A stretch of DNA of 32,000 nt from Vibrio cholerae ATCC 14035 (GCF_000621645.1 NZ_JHXR01000001.1:120001-152000), one strand, 5' to 3'; shown: positions 1 to 9,685, counted from the first letter of the stretch. Notes: generated from the letters alone by a model not told the origin. Numbers and translations are program-made.

Positions 1-1
1 T

Positions 2-214
2 CGAGTTGCCTTGGCAAGATTATGGTTAAGTAAAAAGCCACTGTGGATTTTGGATGAACCGCTCACCGCCATCGATAAGCAAGGAGTGAGTGTGCTTGAG
101 GCGCTCTTTTTAAGCCATGCGCAGCAAGGGGGGATAGTGATACTGACGACTCACCAAGACATGTTTGCCGATAACCCTAAACTGCGCAAAATTCGCTTGG
201 GTGATCCGAAATGA
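2..214 (+). CDS. ccmA: Heme exporter ATP-binding protein CcmA, C-terminal fragment (5' end is outside the window)
   Basis: The frame is open from the window edge. The translation carries ABC Walker B/D-loop '[12 protein letters not shown]' and H-loop 'LTTHQ'. It has a 4-nt ATGA overlap with ccmB and sits at the head of the ccm cluster. Confidence 0.9.
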   Translation, partial: RVALARLWLSKKPLWILDEPLTAIDKQGVSVLEALFLSHAQQGGIVILTTHQDMFADNPKLRKIRLGDPK

Positions 215-879
215 TGCCTGCTTTTATTCAGTTTATTCATCGTGAACTTTTAATTGCTTTTCGCCGTCAGGCGGATGTGTTTAACCCTCTGTGGTTTTTT
301 ATCATCGTGATTACCCTGTTTCCGCTCAGTGTGGGACCAGAACCTGCCTTGTTGGCACGAATTGCGCCGGGGATTGTTTGGGTGGCCGCTTTATTAGCGG
401 CATTGCTCTCATTGGAGCGTTTATTTCGTGATGATTTTCAAGATGGTGCATTAGAGCAAGCGATGCTGACACCATTACCGCTCTCAGTGGTGGTACTGGC
501 TAAGGTGACGGCTCATTGGCTACTGACAGGCTTACCGCTGATTTTAATTAGCCCACTACTGGCGATCTTGCTTTCATTTGATAGCTCAGCCTGGCTTGCG
601 GTAGTGCTGACTCTGTTGCTGGGGACTCCAACACTGAGTTTTATTGGGGCAATTGGGGTGGCACTCACCGTGGGTTTGCAAAAGGGTGGGGTGCTATTGA
701 GCTTATTGGTTTTGCCGCTCTTCATCCCTGTTTTGATATTTGCGACCTCGGCGATTGATGCGGCGGCATTGGGAATGCCGTATAACGGCCAGCTTGCGAT
801 TTTAGCGGCTATGCTCATGGGTTCGATGACTCTAACGCCATTTGCGATCAGCGCGGCGTTACGAGTAAGTGTGCATTGA
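211..879 (+). CDS. ccmB: Heme exporter membrane protein CcmB
   Basis: 222-aa polytopic hydrophobic protein that begins in the ATGA overlap with ccmA. It holds the canonical position between ccmA and ccmC. Confidence 0.9.
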   Translation: MMPAFIQFIHRELLIAFRRQADVFNPLWFFIIVITLFPLSVGPEPALLARIAPGIVWVAALLAALLSLERLFRDDFQDGALEQAMLTPLPLSVVVLAKVTAHWLLTGLPLILISPLLAILLSFDSSAWLAVVLTLLLGTPTLSFIGAIGVALTVGLQKGGVLLSLLVLPLFIPVLIFATSAIDAAALGMPYNGQLAILAAMLMGSMTLTPFAISAALRVSVH

Positions 880-969
880 TTGTTTTCGATCAAGCACGAA
901 AATACTGCGTTAGATAAATTATAACAACTTAGTTAAAACTCAATAATTTGAAAGCAAAGTGAGATAAAC

Positions 970-1722
970 ATGTGGAAATGGCTTCATCCCTATGCCAAAC
1001 CTGATGCCGCTTACCAGCTGTGTGGTAAGTTGTTGCCTTGGTTTGCCAGTTTAGGATTCCTGTTTCTTGCGGTAGGAACGGTGCTCGGTTTGGCCTATGC
1101 ACCTGCGGATTACCAACAAGGGGACAGTTTTCGAATCATCTATATCCATGTTCCCGCAGCGATATGGTCGATGGGGGTTTACATGTCGATGGCCATCGCC
1201 GCATTTATCGGGATAGTCTGGCAACTGCGTATTTCGGATATGGCCGCGTTAGCCATGGCACCCATCGGCGCGGTGTACACCTTTATTGCCCTTATCACTG
1301 GTGCTATTTGGGGCAAACCGATGTGGGGAGCCTGGTGGGTGTGGGATGCGCGTCTCACCTCTGAGCTTGTTCTGCTGTTTCTCTATTTAGGGGTTATTGC
1401 GCTTTATCATGCGTTTGATGACCAAAAAACTGCGGCAAAAGCGGCGGGTATATTAGCCATCGTCGGAGTGATTAACCTGCCTATCATTCACTTCTCCGTT
1501 GAGTGGTGGAACACCTTGCACCAAGGTGCCACGATCACTAAGTTTGCCAAACCATCGATCGCACCAGAAATGTTATGGCCACTGCTCGCTTGTATCTTGG
1601 GTTTTGCGTTCTTTTTTGCTGCATTGACCATGATCCGCTTACGCAATGAAATTTTGAGCCGAGAAAGCCACCGTCCTTGGGTGAGTGAGCTTGCCAACCA
1701 AACCGTGCGAGGAAATCGGTAA
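970..1722 (+). CDS. ccmC: Heme exporter / heme lyase subunit CcmC
   Basis: 250-aa membrane protein with the tryptophan-rich WWD motif 'WGAWWVWDARLTSE'. Operon context supports the call. Confidence 0.93.
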   Translation: MWKWLHPYAKPDAAYQLCGKLLPWFASLGFLFLAVGTVLGLAYAPADYQQGDSFRIIYIHVPAAIWSMGVYMSMAIAAFIGIVWQLRISDMAALAMAPIGAVYTFIALITGAIWGKPMWGAWWVWDARLTSELVLLFLYLGVIALYHAFDDQKTAAKAAGILAIVGVINLPIIHFSVEWWNTLHQGATITKFAKPSIAPEMLWPLLACILGFAFFFAALTMIRLRNEILSRESHRPWVSELANQTVRGNR

Positions 1723-1928
1723 TGCATTTTGACTCTTTCAGTGATTTTTTAGCGATGGGCGGTTATGCCGCTTACGTTTGGAGTGCTTTCGGTTTGACTT
1801 ATCTTTCCATGGCGATGTTGTGGATCGTCAGCGTTCGACGCAAAACCAAGTTACTCAACCAAGTGCGCGATAAATTGGCGCGTCAGGCGCGTATTGATGC
1901 TGCGAAACATATGGAGAACACACTATGA
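1722..1928 (+). CDS. ccmD: Heme exporter small membrane protein CcmD
   Basis: 68 aa with one TM segment and a basic C-terminus. Its ATG shares one nt with the ccmC TAA, and it lies between ccmC and ccmE. Confidence 0.85.
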   Translation: MHFDSFSDFLAMGGYAAYVWSAFGLTYLSMAMLWIVSVRRKTKLLNQVRDKLARQARIDAAKHMENTL

Positions 1929-2407
1929 ACCCAAGACGTAAAAAGCGGCTCGGTGTTGTTTTGGCCATTCTATTTGGCCTTAGCGCGACCATTGGGCTCA
2001 TCATCTATGCCTTGAATCAGAATATGGATCTCTTCTATACCCCGACTGAGCTCGTGTATGGCAAAGAGGGGAAAAAGCCGGAAATCGGCCAGCGTTTACG
2101 TATTGGCGGTATGGTGGTGGAAGGTTCGGTAAAACGTGATCCGAACTCATTGAAAGTCAGCTTTGATCTACACGATGTGGGACCAAGTATTACCGTGACC
2201 TATGACGGTATTTTGCCCGATCTGTTCCGAGAAGGTCAGGGTATCGTAGCACAAGGGGTGTTAGTGGAGCCGACCAAAATTGAAGCGTTTGAAGTGCTGG
2301 CAAAGCATGATGAAAACTATATGCCACCAGAAATTGCAGAGGCGATGAAAAAGACCCACGCTCCACTGCAATACTCGCAAGAACAGAAACAAGGAAGCGA
2401 CCAATGA
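1925..2407 (+). CDS. ccmE: Cytochrome c-type biogenesis heme chaperone CcmE
   Basis: 160 aa with an N-terminal anchor and an OB-fold region. It carries the heme-binding motif '[11 protein letters not shown]' and overlaps ccmD by ATGA. Confidence 0.93.
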   Translation: MNPRRKKRLGVVLAILFGLSATIGLIIYALNQNMDLFYTPTELVYGKEGKKPEIGQRLRIGGMVVEGSVKRDPNSLKVSFDLHDVGPSITVTYDGILPDLFREGQGIVAQGVLVEPTKIEAFEVLAKHDENYMPPEIAEAMKKTHAPLQYSQEQKQGSDQ

Positions 2408-4359
2408 TTGCTGAAATTGGCCACTTTGCACTGATTGTATCGCTCAGCTTAGCGATATTACTCAGTGTGCTGCCATTAGTTGGGGCGTCACGCAACAACA
2501 CACTATTGATGAACACGGCTCGCCCTTTGGCATGGGGTATGTTCTTTTTGCTGTCGATCTCGTTTGCGGTTTTGCTGTGGGCATTCTATATCAATGATTT
2601 TACAGTGCAATATGTGGCAAGTAACTCCAATAGTGAGCTGCCTTGGTACTATCGCCTCACTGCTGTATGGGGCGCGCATGAAGGTTCATTACTGCTTTGG
2701 GTGCTTATCCAAGCGGCTTGGACTGTGGCTGTCGCGAGTTTTAGCCGCGGTATGCCACAAGAATCGGTAGCGCGTGTGCTTGCGGTGATGGGGATGATTA
2801 CTGTTGGGTTCTTACTCTTCATCATTCTAACGTCTAACCCGTTTTTACGCACCTTGCCTTATTTTCCGATTGACGGCCGTGATTTAAATCCGCTGCTGCA
2901 AGACCCCGGGTTAATCATTCACCCGCCTATGTTGTACATGGGATATGTGGGATTCTCCGTGGCCTTCTCGTTTGCGATTGCTTCTTTGATGACAGGCCGT
3001 CTCGACACGGCATGGGCACGTTGGTCACGACCTTGGACAACGGCCGCTTGGCTCTTTTTGACGCTGGGTATCGTACTGGGTTCATGGTGGGCTTACTACG
3101 AACTTGGCTGGGGCGGTTGGTGGTTCTGGGATCCAGTGGAAAACGCCTCTTTCATGCCTTGGCTTGCCGGAACAGCGCTGATGCACTCATTAGCGGTGAC
3201 TGAAAAACGCGGCACGTTCAAAGCGTGGACGGTACTGCTGGCGATTTCTGCATTCTCGTTGAGCCTATTGGGCACCTTCTTAGTGCGCTCAGGCATCTTG
3301 GTTTCGGTGCATGCTTTCGCCTCCGATCCGGCGCGCGGTATGTTCATTCTCGGCTTCTTGATTGCGGTGATTGGTGGTTCACTACTGCTATTTGCGATCA
3401 AAGGCGCTTCAGTACGAGTGCGTGGTAATTTTGAGCTGGTATCTCGTGAAAACAGCTTGTTGGTAAACAACGTGCTGCTGATGACCGCACTCGCGGTGGT
3501 ACTGATTGGTACCTTGTTGCCTTTAGTGCACAAACAACTGGGTCTTGGTTCCGTCTCTATCGGTGCGCCTTTCTTTAACATGCTGTTTGCCTGGTTGATG
3601 ATTCCTTTTGCATTTTTTATGGGAATTGGTCCACTGATCCGCTGGAAGCGCGATCAAATCTCCACACTCTTTAAACCTATGCTCATCACAGCGATGGCAT
3701 CGTTAGTATTGGCAGCGTTGATGATGTGGCTGAATGCTCCGACGTTTAGCCCAATGGCTTATCTTGGTTGGGTCATGGCGTGGTGGATCTTACTGTTACA
3801 CGCTTATGAACTGCACACGCGAGCGACTCATCGTCACCGCTTCATAGTTGGGGTGAAGAAACTGCAACGTAGCCACTGGGCGATGATGCTTGGTCATGTT
3901 GGTTTAGCGGTGAGCATCATTGGTATTGCTATGGTGCAAAACTACAGCATTGAACGTGATGTGCGTTTGGCTCCGGGAGATAACTTCCAACTCAATGAGT
4001 ACAACTTTTACTTCCAAGGTGTGCGTGATAAAGATGGACCGAACTACGATGGCTACATTGCTGATTTTGAAATCACTAGCCAAGGCCAATATGTCAATAC
4101 ATTGCATGCCGAGAAACGTTTCTATCGCACCGCAAAGTCAATGATGACCGAAGCGGCGATCGACCGTGGCATTACGCGTGACCTTTACATTGCGATGGGT
4201 GAGCGTTTGGATGATAACCGCTCTTGGGCTGTGCGTATTTATTACAAACCTTATGTGCGCTGGATTTGGGCAGGCGGCTTGCTGATGGCCATCGGTGGTG
4301 CCTTAGCCATCAGTGACAAGCGTTACCGCTTTAGAAAAAACGCACATCAGGAGGCTTAA
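2404..4359 (+). CDS. ccmF: Cytochrome c heme lyase subunit CcmF
   Basis: 651-aa polytopic protein with the WWD motif '[18 protein letters not shown]'. It overlaps ccmE by ATGA. Confidence 0.95.
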   Translation: MIAEIGHFALIVSLSLAILLSVLPLVGASRNNTLLMNTARPLAWGMFFLLSISFAVLLWAFYINDFTVQYVASNSNSELPWYYRLTAVWGAHEGSLLLWVLIQAAWTVAVASFSRGMPQESVARVLAVMGMITVGFLLFIILTSNPFLRTLPYFPIDGRDLNPLLQDPGLIIHPPMLYMGYVGFSVAFSFAIASLMTGRLDTAWARWSRPWTTAAWLFLTLGIVLGSWWAYYELGWGGWWFWDPVENASFMPWLAGTALMHSLAVTEKRGTFKAWTVLLAISAFSLSLLGTFLVRSGILVSVHAFASDPARGMFILGFLIAVIGGSLLLFAIKGASVRVRGNFELVSRENSLLVNNVLLMTALAVVLIGTLLPLVHKQLGLGSVSIGAPFFNMLFAWLMIPFAFFMGIGPLIRWKRDQISTLFKPMLITAMASLVLAALMMWLNAPTFSPMAYLGWVMAWWILLLHAYELHTRATHRHRFIVGVKKLQRSHWAMMLGHVGLAVSIIGIAMVQNYSIERDVRLAPGDNFQLNEYNFYFQGVRDKDGPNYDGYIADFEITSQGQYVNTLHAEKRFYRTAKSMMTEAAIDRGITRDLYIAMGERLDDNRSWAVRIYYKPYVRWIWAGGLLMAIGGALAISDKRYRFRKNAHQEA

Positions 4360-4914
4360 GTGAATAAGAAGATTTTATTTATCCCGCTAGTGGCATTTTT
4401 GCTGTTGGCTGGTGTGTTTGCTACCCAGTTAATGAAAAACTCCGCAGGGGATGACCCAACCAAGTTGGAATCGGTTTTGGTGGGAAAAACCGTTCCTGAG
4501 TTTCGTCTCGAAGATCTGGCAGAGCCCGGTAAGTTATACGATCAGTCGATTTTCAAAGGCGAGCCTTTACTGCTTAATGTATGGGCAACCTGGTGTCCAA
4601 CTTGTTATGCCGAGCATCAATATCTCAATGAGTTGGCCAAACAAGGGGTAAAAATCATCGGCCTTAATTATAAAGATCAGCGAGATAAAGCAACTCAATG
4701 GCTAAATGATTTAGGCAATCCTTACCTGATCAGCTTGTTTGATGGCAATGGTATGTTGGGACTGGATCTTGGGGTGTACGGTGCTCCAGAAACCTTCTTA
4801 ATCGATGCCAATGGCGTGATTCGCTATCGTCATGTTGGGGATGTTAATTCGCGCAACTGGCAAGAAACACTCGCGCCACTGTATGAAAAAATGCTGGCGG
4901 AGGCGAAACAATGA
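4360..4914 (+). CDS. ccmG: Thiol:disulfide interchange protein CcmG/DsbE
   Basis: 184 aa with a signal anchor and a thioredoxin fold bearing the CXXC motif 'WATWCPTC'. A GTG start directly abuts the ccmF TAA. Confidence 0.93.
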   Translation: MNKKILFIPLVAFLLLAGVFATQLMKNSAGDDPTKLESVLVGKTVPEFRLEDLAEPGKLYDQSIFKGEPLLLNVWATWCPTCYAEHQYLNELAKQGVKIIGLNYKDQRDKATQWLNDLGNPYLISLFDGNGMLGLDLGVYGAPETFLIDANGVIRYRHVGDVNSRNWQETLAPLYEKMLAEAKQ

Positions 4915-5387
4915 AAAAGTGGTTGTTTGCGGTCTGTGCCGCCATGCTGATTTCTCTCTCGGCGTTTGCAACGATTGAAGTGTATGACTTTGATACTCCA
5001 GAGCAGGAGAAACAATTTCAAGAATTGGGGGCGACCTTGCGCTGCCCGAAATGTCAAAACAACACGATTGCCGACTCAAACGCTGAGTTGGCACAAGATC
5101 TGCGCCAAAAAGTGTATGAGATGACCAAAGAGGGTAAATCGAAATCGGAAATCGTCGACTACATGATTGCGCGTTATGGCAACTTTGTGACCTACAATCC
5201 GCCATTTACCTTAGGTACCGCTGTTCTTTGGCTTGGGCCTATTTCAGTGTTAGTGATTGGTTTCACTGTGATTGTGTTACGCAGTCGTCGTAAAGCGCGT
5301 GATGCTGCGAATAATGCCGAGTGGAATGAAGAGCAAGAAGCCCGTTTGAAAGCATTGCTAAAAGAAGAGCAAGAGGGAGAGAAGTAA
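4911..5387 (+). CDS. ccmH: Cytochrome c-type biogenesis protein CcmH (NrfF-like)
   Basis: 158 aa with a signal peptide, the 'LRCPKCQN' redox motif and a C-terminal TM. It overlaps ccmG by ATGA. Confidence 0.9.
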   Translation: MKKWLFAVCAAMLISLSAFATIEVYDFDTPEQEKQFQELGATLRCPKCQNNTIADSNAELAQDLRQKVYEMTKEGKSKSEIVDYMIARYGNFVTYNPPFTLGTAVLWLGPISVLVIGFTVIVLRSRRKARDAANNAEWNEEQEARLKALLKEEQEGEK

Positions 5388-5389
5388 TC

Positions 5390-6604
5390 ATGTGGATGTT
5401 TTGGATCTCGACCCTATTACTGGTGGCGATTGCGGTGGTTTTCGTCATCATTCCGTTTATTCAAAAGCGTGCGAATAACGATCAGGCTTTGCGCGATGAG
5501 CTGAATAAAGCGTTTTACAAAGACCGCTTGAAAGAGCTTGAAGAGGAAACCGAAGAAGGCATTGTTGCCGATCAACAAGATTTGATTGCCGACTTAAAAC
5601 AGACTCTGCTTGACGACATTCCAACCCAGCAAAAACATCAGCAGGAAAATCGTGTTTCACTGTGGATGGTTGCCCTGCCTTCAGTATTGTTGGTAGTCGG
5701 ATTGAGTTATGCGCTGTACGCCAAGTTTGGTCACTATCAGCATGTTCAGGCTTGGCAGCAAGTGTCAGCACAACTGCCTGAATTGTCAAAAAAACTCATG
5801 TCGCCACAAGCGGAACTCAGTGACGAAGAGATGAATGATTTGACGTTGGCACTGCGCACTCGACTGCATTATCAGCCTGATGATGTTACCGGTTGGTTGT
5901 TGCTGGGTCGGATTGGCCTTGCTAATCGCGATCTGGAAACCGCGATTGGCGCGATGAAGAAAGCTTTTGCTCTGGATAATGAAGATCCGGATGTGAAATT
6001 TGGTTACGCACAAGCTTTGATGCTTTCGAATGATCCTGTCGACCAGCAAGAAGCGAAGTCGATTCTGCTCAAGTTAGCCCAACGTGGTTATGCTGATTTA
6101 CGCGTCTATTCATTATTGGCGTTTGATGCTTTTGAAAGTGGAGATTTTCCTGCTGCAATCAAGTACTGGAGTTTGATGCAACAAGCGATTGGTCCTGACG
6201 ATGCTCGTTATGAGATGCTCAGCCGCAGTATTGAAAGCGCTCGTAAGAGAATGGGCGAGGGCATGGCAGAGGGTCAATCGGTGAAAGTCACCATTAATCT
6301 AGGCGAGCAGGTTAAGGTTGATCCTAACGCAGTGTTGATCGTATCTATCCATGCTCCCGGTTCGCCAATGCCTGTTGCTGCAGCCCGTTATCCGCTAGGT
6401 GAGTTTCCAAGAACCGTGGTGTTGGATGACAATAACAGCATGATGGAAGGATCAAAATTGTCCAGTCTTGAGTCGTATGTGGTACGTGTGCGTATCGACA
6501 GCGATGGTAATGTGGCGACGAAAAGCGGTGACTGGTATGCCGAAAGTCCCACAATGAAAACAGGTGAGCCTGTTGACGTTGTGCTTGATAAGCAGTATGA
6601 ATAA
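5390..6604 (+). CDS. ccmI: Cytochrome c-type biogenesis protein CcmI/CycH (TPR protein)
   Basis: 404 aa with an N-terminal TM, a second TM and a TPR-like helical-repeat region. It starts 2 nt after the ccmH stop and is the last gene of the operon. Confidence 0.8.
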   Translation: MWMFWISTLLLVAIAVVFVIIPFIQKRANNDQALRDELNKAFYKDRLKELEEETEEGIVADQQDLIADLKQTLLDDIPTQQKHQQENRVSLWMVALPSVLLVVGLSYALYAKFGHYQHVQAWQQVSAQLPELSKKLMSPQAELSDEEMNDLTLALRTRLHYQPDDVTGWLLLGRIGLANRDLETAIGAMKKAFALDNEDPDVKFGYAQALMLSNDPVDQQEAKSILLKLAQRGYADLRVYSLLAFDAFESGDFPAAIKYWSLMQQAIGPDDARYEMLSRSIESARKRMGEGMAEGQSVKVTINLGEQVKVDPNAVLIVSIHAPGSPMPVAAARYPLGEFPRTVVLDDNNSMMEGSKLSSLESYVVRVRIDSDGNVATKSGDWYAESPTMKTGEPVDVVLDKQYE

Positions 6605-6633
6605 AATCACAAGCTGAAAAATAATATAACAAT

Positions 6634-6658
6634 AAGGCCGATGGGATCATCGGCCTTT
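6634..6658 (+). terminator. Hairpin terminating the ccm operon
   Basis: A 10-bp perfect stem, AAGGCCGATG / CATCGGCCTT, with loop GGAT lies 30 nt after the ccmI stop. The T-tail is short (TTT), so it may be only partly efficient. Confidence 0.55.
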
Positions 6659-6662
6659 GCAC

Positions 6663-7421
6663 ATGGAATTACGTATGGTTGGCCGCTTATCTTGGATTAC
6701 GCTATTCACACTTTTTTTAGTTGGGTGCAGCAGTGCACCTGATGACTCCTCCCCTCATTCGCAGGTGAACGATCCTCTGGAAAGTTTCAACCGGCAAATG
6801 TGGACAATTAACTATGACTACCTAGACCCTTATGTGGTGCGTCCGGTCTCTCTATTTTATGTCGGTTATGTACCTAAGCCTGTACGCAGTGGCATTGCCA
6901 ACTTCCTCTCTAACTTAGACGAGCCTGCCAGCATGGTGAATAACCTGCTGATGGGCAATGGGACAAAAGCGGTCGATCACTTTAATCGTTTTTGGATTAA
7001 TACCAGCTTTGGTTTACTCGGTTTGATTGATATCGCTTCTGAAGCAGGCATCAAAAAATACGATGATAAGGCGTTCAGTGATGCGGTAGGCCATTACGGT
7101 GTGGGCAATGGCCCCTATTTAATGGTCCCAGGTTATGGTCCCTATACGGTACGCGAAGTGACCGATGTGGTGGATGGCATGTATTTCCCGCTTGCCTATC
7201 TCAATATCTGGGCTGGGGTCGGCAAATGGGCACTTGAAGGCATGGAAACGCGCGCTGCGTTAGTTTCGCAAGAGGCCTTATTACAAGACTCACCTGATCC
7301 TTACAGTTTGGCTCGCGATGCTTATCTCCAACGGCAAGCTTTCAAAGCGGAGATCCAAGTGGATGACTATGACCCTGAGGAAGAAGAGTATCTCGATGAG
7401 TATTTAAATGAAGGGTTATGA
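6663..7421 (+). CDS. mlaA: Outer-membrane lipoprotein MlaA/VacJ
   Basis: Lipobox 'LFLVGC-SS' follows a signal peptide, and the body is VacJ-family ('FNRQMWTINYDYLDPYVVRP', 'GPYLMVPGYGP'). The ORF track starts at TTG 6657; ATG 6663 or ATG 6675 is more likely. Confidence 0.88.
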   Translation: MELRMVGRLSWITLFTLFLVGCSSAPDDSSPHSQVNDPLESFNRQMWTINYDYLDPYVVRPVSLFYVGYVPKPVRSGIANFLSNLDEPASMVNNLLMGNGTKAVDHFNRFWINTSFGLLGLIDIASEAGIKKYDDKAFSDAVGHYGVGNGPYLMVPGYGPYTVREVTDVVDGMYFPLAYLNIWAGVGKWALEGMETRAALVSQEALLQDSPDPYSLARDAYLQRQAFKAEIQVDDYDPEEEEYLDEYLNEGL

Positions 7422-7433
7422 TGGTCTCTGAAA

Positions 7434-8114
7434 TCAGGCTGACATAACCCTGCCGCTAAAGTATTCATTGGAAACAATATACTCTGTATTACGGATCAGC
7501 TCTTCCCGCATTTCTGACCAGTGTACGATTTCATCGTTGGCGCTAGCGATTTGAGGGACAACTCCCCCCACTCGAATATTAAATGGGGTAAGCTCTTGAG
7601 CCCAGCTCTGAGTAAACCCCGATACCATCGAATTGGCACTCACAATACCGGATCTATCTTGTACTGTGTTGTAACACACCACATTGACGATGACCCCTTT
7701 GGTTTGCCGTTGGCGCATCCTAACAGAGCAAGCATGACTGAAGTTAAACAGTGAAGACGCAATAGCCGCGAGCTGCTGAATAAACTGCTCGCTAGGTTTT
7801 TCATCGACCAGTGACGGCAATCGCGCAGACGGTAAGTTGTTGATCAGCACATCGGGCGCACGCTCAAATTTTTGCTCGACCATATCAAGCAGCGTCTCAA
7901 TACTTTCTGGGGAAAAATCCTTGATATGAAAGTAGGCAACTTGATCTGAGAGTGCATGACAGCGCCAATAGGTATCGACTAATCCTTGTTGATCGCGATC
8001 GCAGAGGATCACTTTGGCTCCTAACCTCACAAAATGTGTTGCCAGTGTGCTACCCAAGGCTGAGCTTGCAGAAGTAATTAATATTATTGCACTTTTTATG
8101 TCCATGAGTGCCAC
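7434..8114 (-). CDS. Short-chain dehydrogenase/reductase (SDR)-fold protein with degenerate cofactor and catalytic motifs
   Basis: It has a Rossmann-type N-terminus 'AIILITSASSALGSTLATHFVRLGAKVILCDRD' plus 'DVLINN' and 'GFTQSWAQELTPFNIRVGGVVP' segments that align by eye to classical SDRs. GTG at 8114 is the longest start. ATG at 8105 preceded by AAGGTGG is a plausible alternative. Confidence 0.75.
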   Translation of the reverse strand: MALMDIKSAIILITSASSALGSTLATHFVRLGAKVILCDRDQQGLVDTYWRCHALSDQVAYFHIKDFSPESIETLLDMVEQKFERAPDVLINNLPSARLPSLVDEKPSEQFIQQLAAIASSLFNFSHACSVRMRQRQTKGVIVNVVCYNTVQDRSGIVSANSMVSGFTQSWAQELTPFNIRVGGVVPQIASANDEIVHWSEMREELIRNTEYIVSNEYFSGRVMSA

Positions 8115-8482
8115 CTTACCTTATTTTTATCTGCCTTTTTAACCGTGAGGTTTCGCAGGGGGTTTGGACAGCATGGTTGATTACATGTGTATACAGTGTG
8201 AATAAGTTCAAATAACTTTGGATTAACCAAACTGAAACTTAATACTTTGCATCCATTCACAAAAAATATTAAACAGAATTCTTGTTTGCAGTATGCCTTA
8301 TGTATATCCCCTTCTTACTTGAAACTCAGGGCCTCAGAGCGCTAGGTTGGTTCCCAAGTGTAGAGTCACTCTATACACATAGTGCTACCCAGTGGCCGCT
8401 TACCTGCAACTCACAGTAGTTTGGACATAGAGCGAATGGCTTTCTTGCAGAGGAGAAGAAAGGCGAGAACAGAAGGTCAAGA

Positions 8483-8986
8483 TTAACTAGCAGTACGTAG
8501 TTGATCTTGGCGATAGGCGGTGGCGAGACGATGATAAAAGTCTTTTGCCAATAGCGTAGAGGGTTGTTTATCCGCGAGGTGACGCCGTTCGTGCCCTGAG
8601 AGGTTCAAGTACACCTCTTCAGGCAAACCTTGAGTATCCTGTGGACGATAAGTAAGCACTTCCGGTGTGAGATAGTGGCTGAGCTTTGCACTGGCCATGC
8701 CACCTTGATGAAAGAGTGCGGCTTGTCTGGCGGAGATTTGATAGGAGCTCTCATCATTTTCTAGGCGTTGAGGCTCTGCGAGTTCAAAACGCTGACGCAA
8801 TACTTGTTCCGTTGTCGGTGGAACCTCAATTTTATCTACTGGTGTATTATCACGGACATCATTAGAGAACAGGGCCAAGAGTAAGGCAAAGTCGGCACGA
8901 CGCCCATGCGTCACTGCTTGGCTAATTCCTTGGCCAAAATGCAGTTCGCTAATGACACCGGCTTTATCTAATGTATGGACTTGCAT
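8483..8986 (-). CDS. Hypothetical protein (167 aa from ATG 8986; the longest ORF begins at GTG 9019)
   Basis: The ORF is uninterrupted. ATG 8986 is preceded by GGGGAGAG at 5-nt spacing. I recognise no family motif, TM segment or signal peptide. Confidence 0.6.
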   Translation of the reverse strand: MQVHTLDKAGVISELHFGQGISQAVTHGRRADFALLLALFSNDVRDNTPVDKIEVPPTTEQVLRQRFELAEPQRLENDESSYQISARQAALFHQGGMASAKLSHYLTPEVLTYRPQDTQGLPEEVYLNLSGHERRHLADKQPSTLLAKDFYHRLATAYRQDQLRTAS

Positions 8987-9046
8987 GACACTCTCCCCTT
9001 GATGTCCATATAACGGCACAAGAGCAGAAAACTTGAGGCGAACAAA

Positions 9047-9073
9047 TGAAAAAAGCCTGCAAAATTGCAGGCT
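9047..9073 (-). terminator. Rho-independent terminator of sodB
   Basis: On the minus strand, stem AGCCTGCA / TGCAGGCT with a 4-nt loop is followed by a U-run (the plus-strand A-run at 9049-9054). It lies 28 nt after the sodB stop. Confidence 0.8.
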
Positions 9074-9100
9074 TATGACGATTTATTAAGCAGTATTAGC

Positions 9101-9685
9101 TTATTTTGCTAGGTTCTGAGCAACGAAGTCCCAGTTAACCAGAGCCCAGAAACCATTCATGTAATCTGGACGTACGTTACGGTAGTCGATGTAGTACGCG
9201 TGTTCCCACAGGTCAACCGTCAGCAGAGGGGTTACACCTTCTTCAGTCAGCGGTGTTGCTGCGTTTGAAGTGTTAGTGATCGCCAGAGTGCCGTCAGCTT
9301 TTTTCACCAACCAAGTCCAAGATGAACCGAAGTTGTTGATGGCTGAATCAGTAAATTTTGCTTTGAAGTCAGCAAAAGAACCGAATGCTGCATTGATTGC
9401 TTCAGCAACTGCGCCAGTTGGCTCGCCACCACCGTTTGGTGATAGGCAGTGCCAGTAGAAAGTGTGGTTCCAAACCTGCGCAGCGTTGTTGAAAATACCG
9501 CCAGTTGAGGTCTTGATGATCTCTTCTAGTGATTTGTTTTCAAACTCAGTACCTGGGATCAGACCGTTCAGTTTTACCACATAAGTGTTGTGGTGCTTAC
9601 CGTGGTGGAAATCCAGAGTTTCTGCTGAGATGTGTGGTTCCAGTGCGTCTTTCGCATAAGGAAGAGCGGGTAATTCAAATGCCAT
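9101..9685 (-). CDS. sodB: Iron superoxide dismutase
   Basis: 194 aa beginning '[32 protein letters not shown]' and containing '[13 protein letters not shown]', the Fe/Mn-SOD signature with Fe-type residues. Confidence 0.96.
   Translation of the reverse strand: MAFELPALPYAKDALEPHISAETLDFHHGKHHNTYVVKLNGLIPGTEFENKSLEEIIKTSTGGIFNNAAQVWNHTFYWHCLSPNGGGEPTGAVAEAINAAFGSFADFKAKFTDSAINNFGSSWTWLVKKADGTLAITNTSNAATPLTEEGVTPLLTVDLWEHAYYIDYRNVRPDYMNGFWALVNWDFVAQNLAK

Noticed and set aside
3096-3581. 161-aa minus-strand ORF inside ccmF, and similar long antisense ORFs at 513..893 (ccmB), 23105..23677 (adhE) and 26707..27195 (SulP gene)
   Set aside because: Each is fully embedded antisense in a strongly supported gene. 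Their compositions are low-complexity or unnatural (Ser/Thr/Arg/Pro-rich), and none has an SD. These are typical shadow ORFs.
8296-8470. Possible ERIC-like imperfect palindrome or cobalamin-type riboswitch in the 8115-8482 spacer (strings such as CTTACTTGAAACTCAGGG and CCAGTGGCCGCTTACCTGCAAC)
   Set aside because: Manual pairing of the two halves gives only a 9-bp central stem and no extended palindrome. The B12-box-like string is on the wrong strand and in the wrong order relative to the other conserved riboswitch elements, and no GGGAA/GGTG core is present. I kept the region only as an unexplained spacer.
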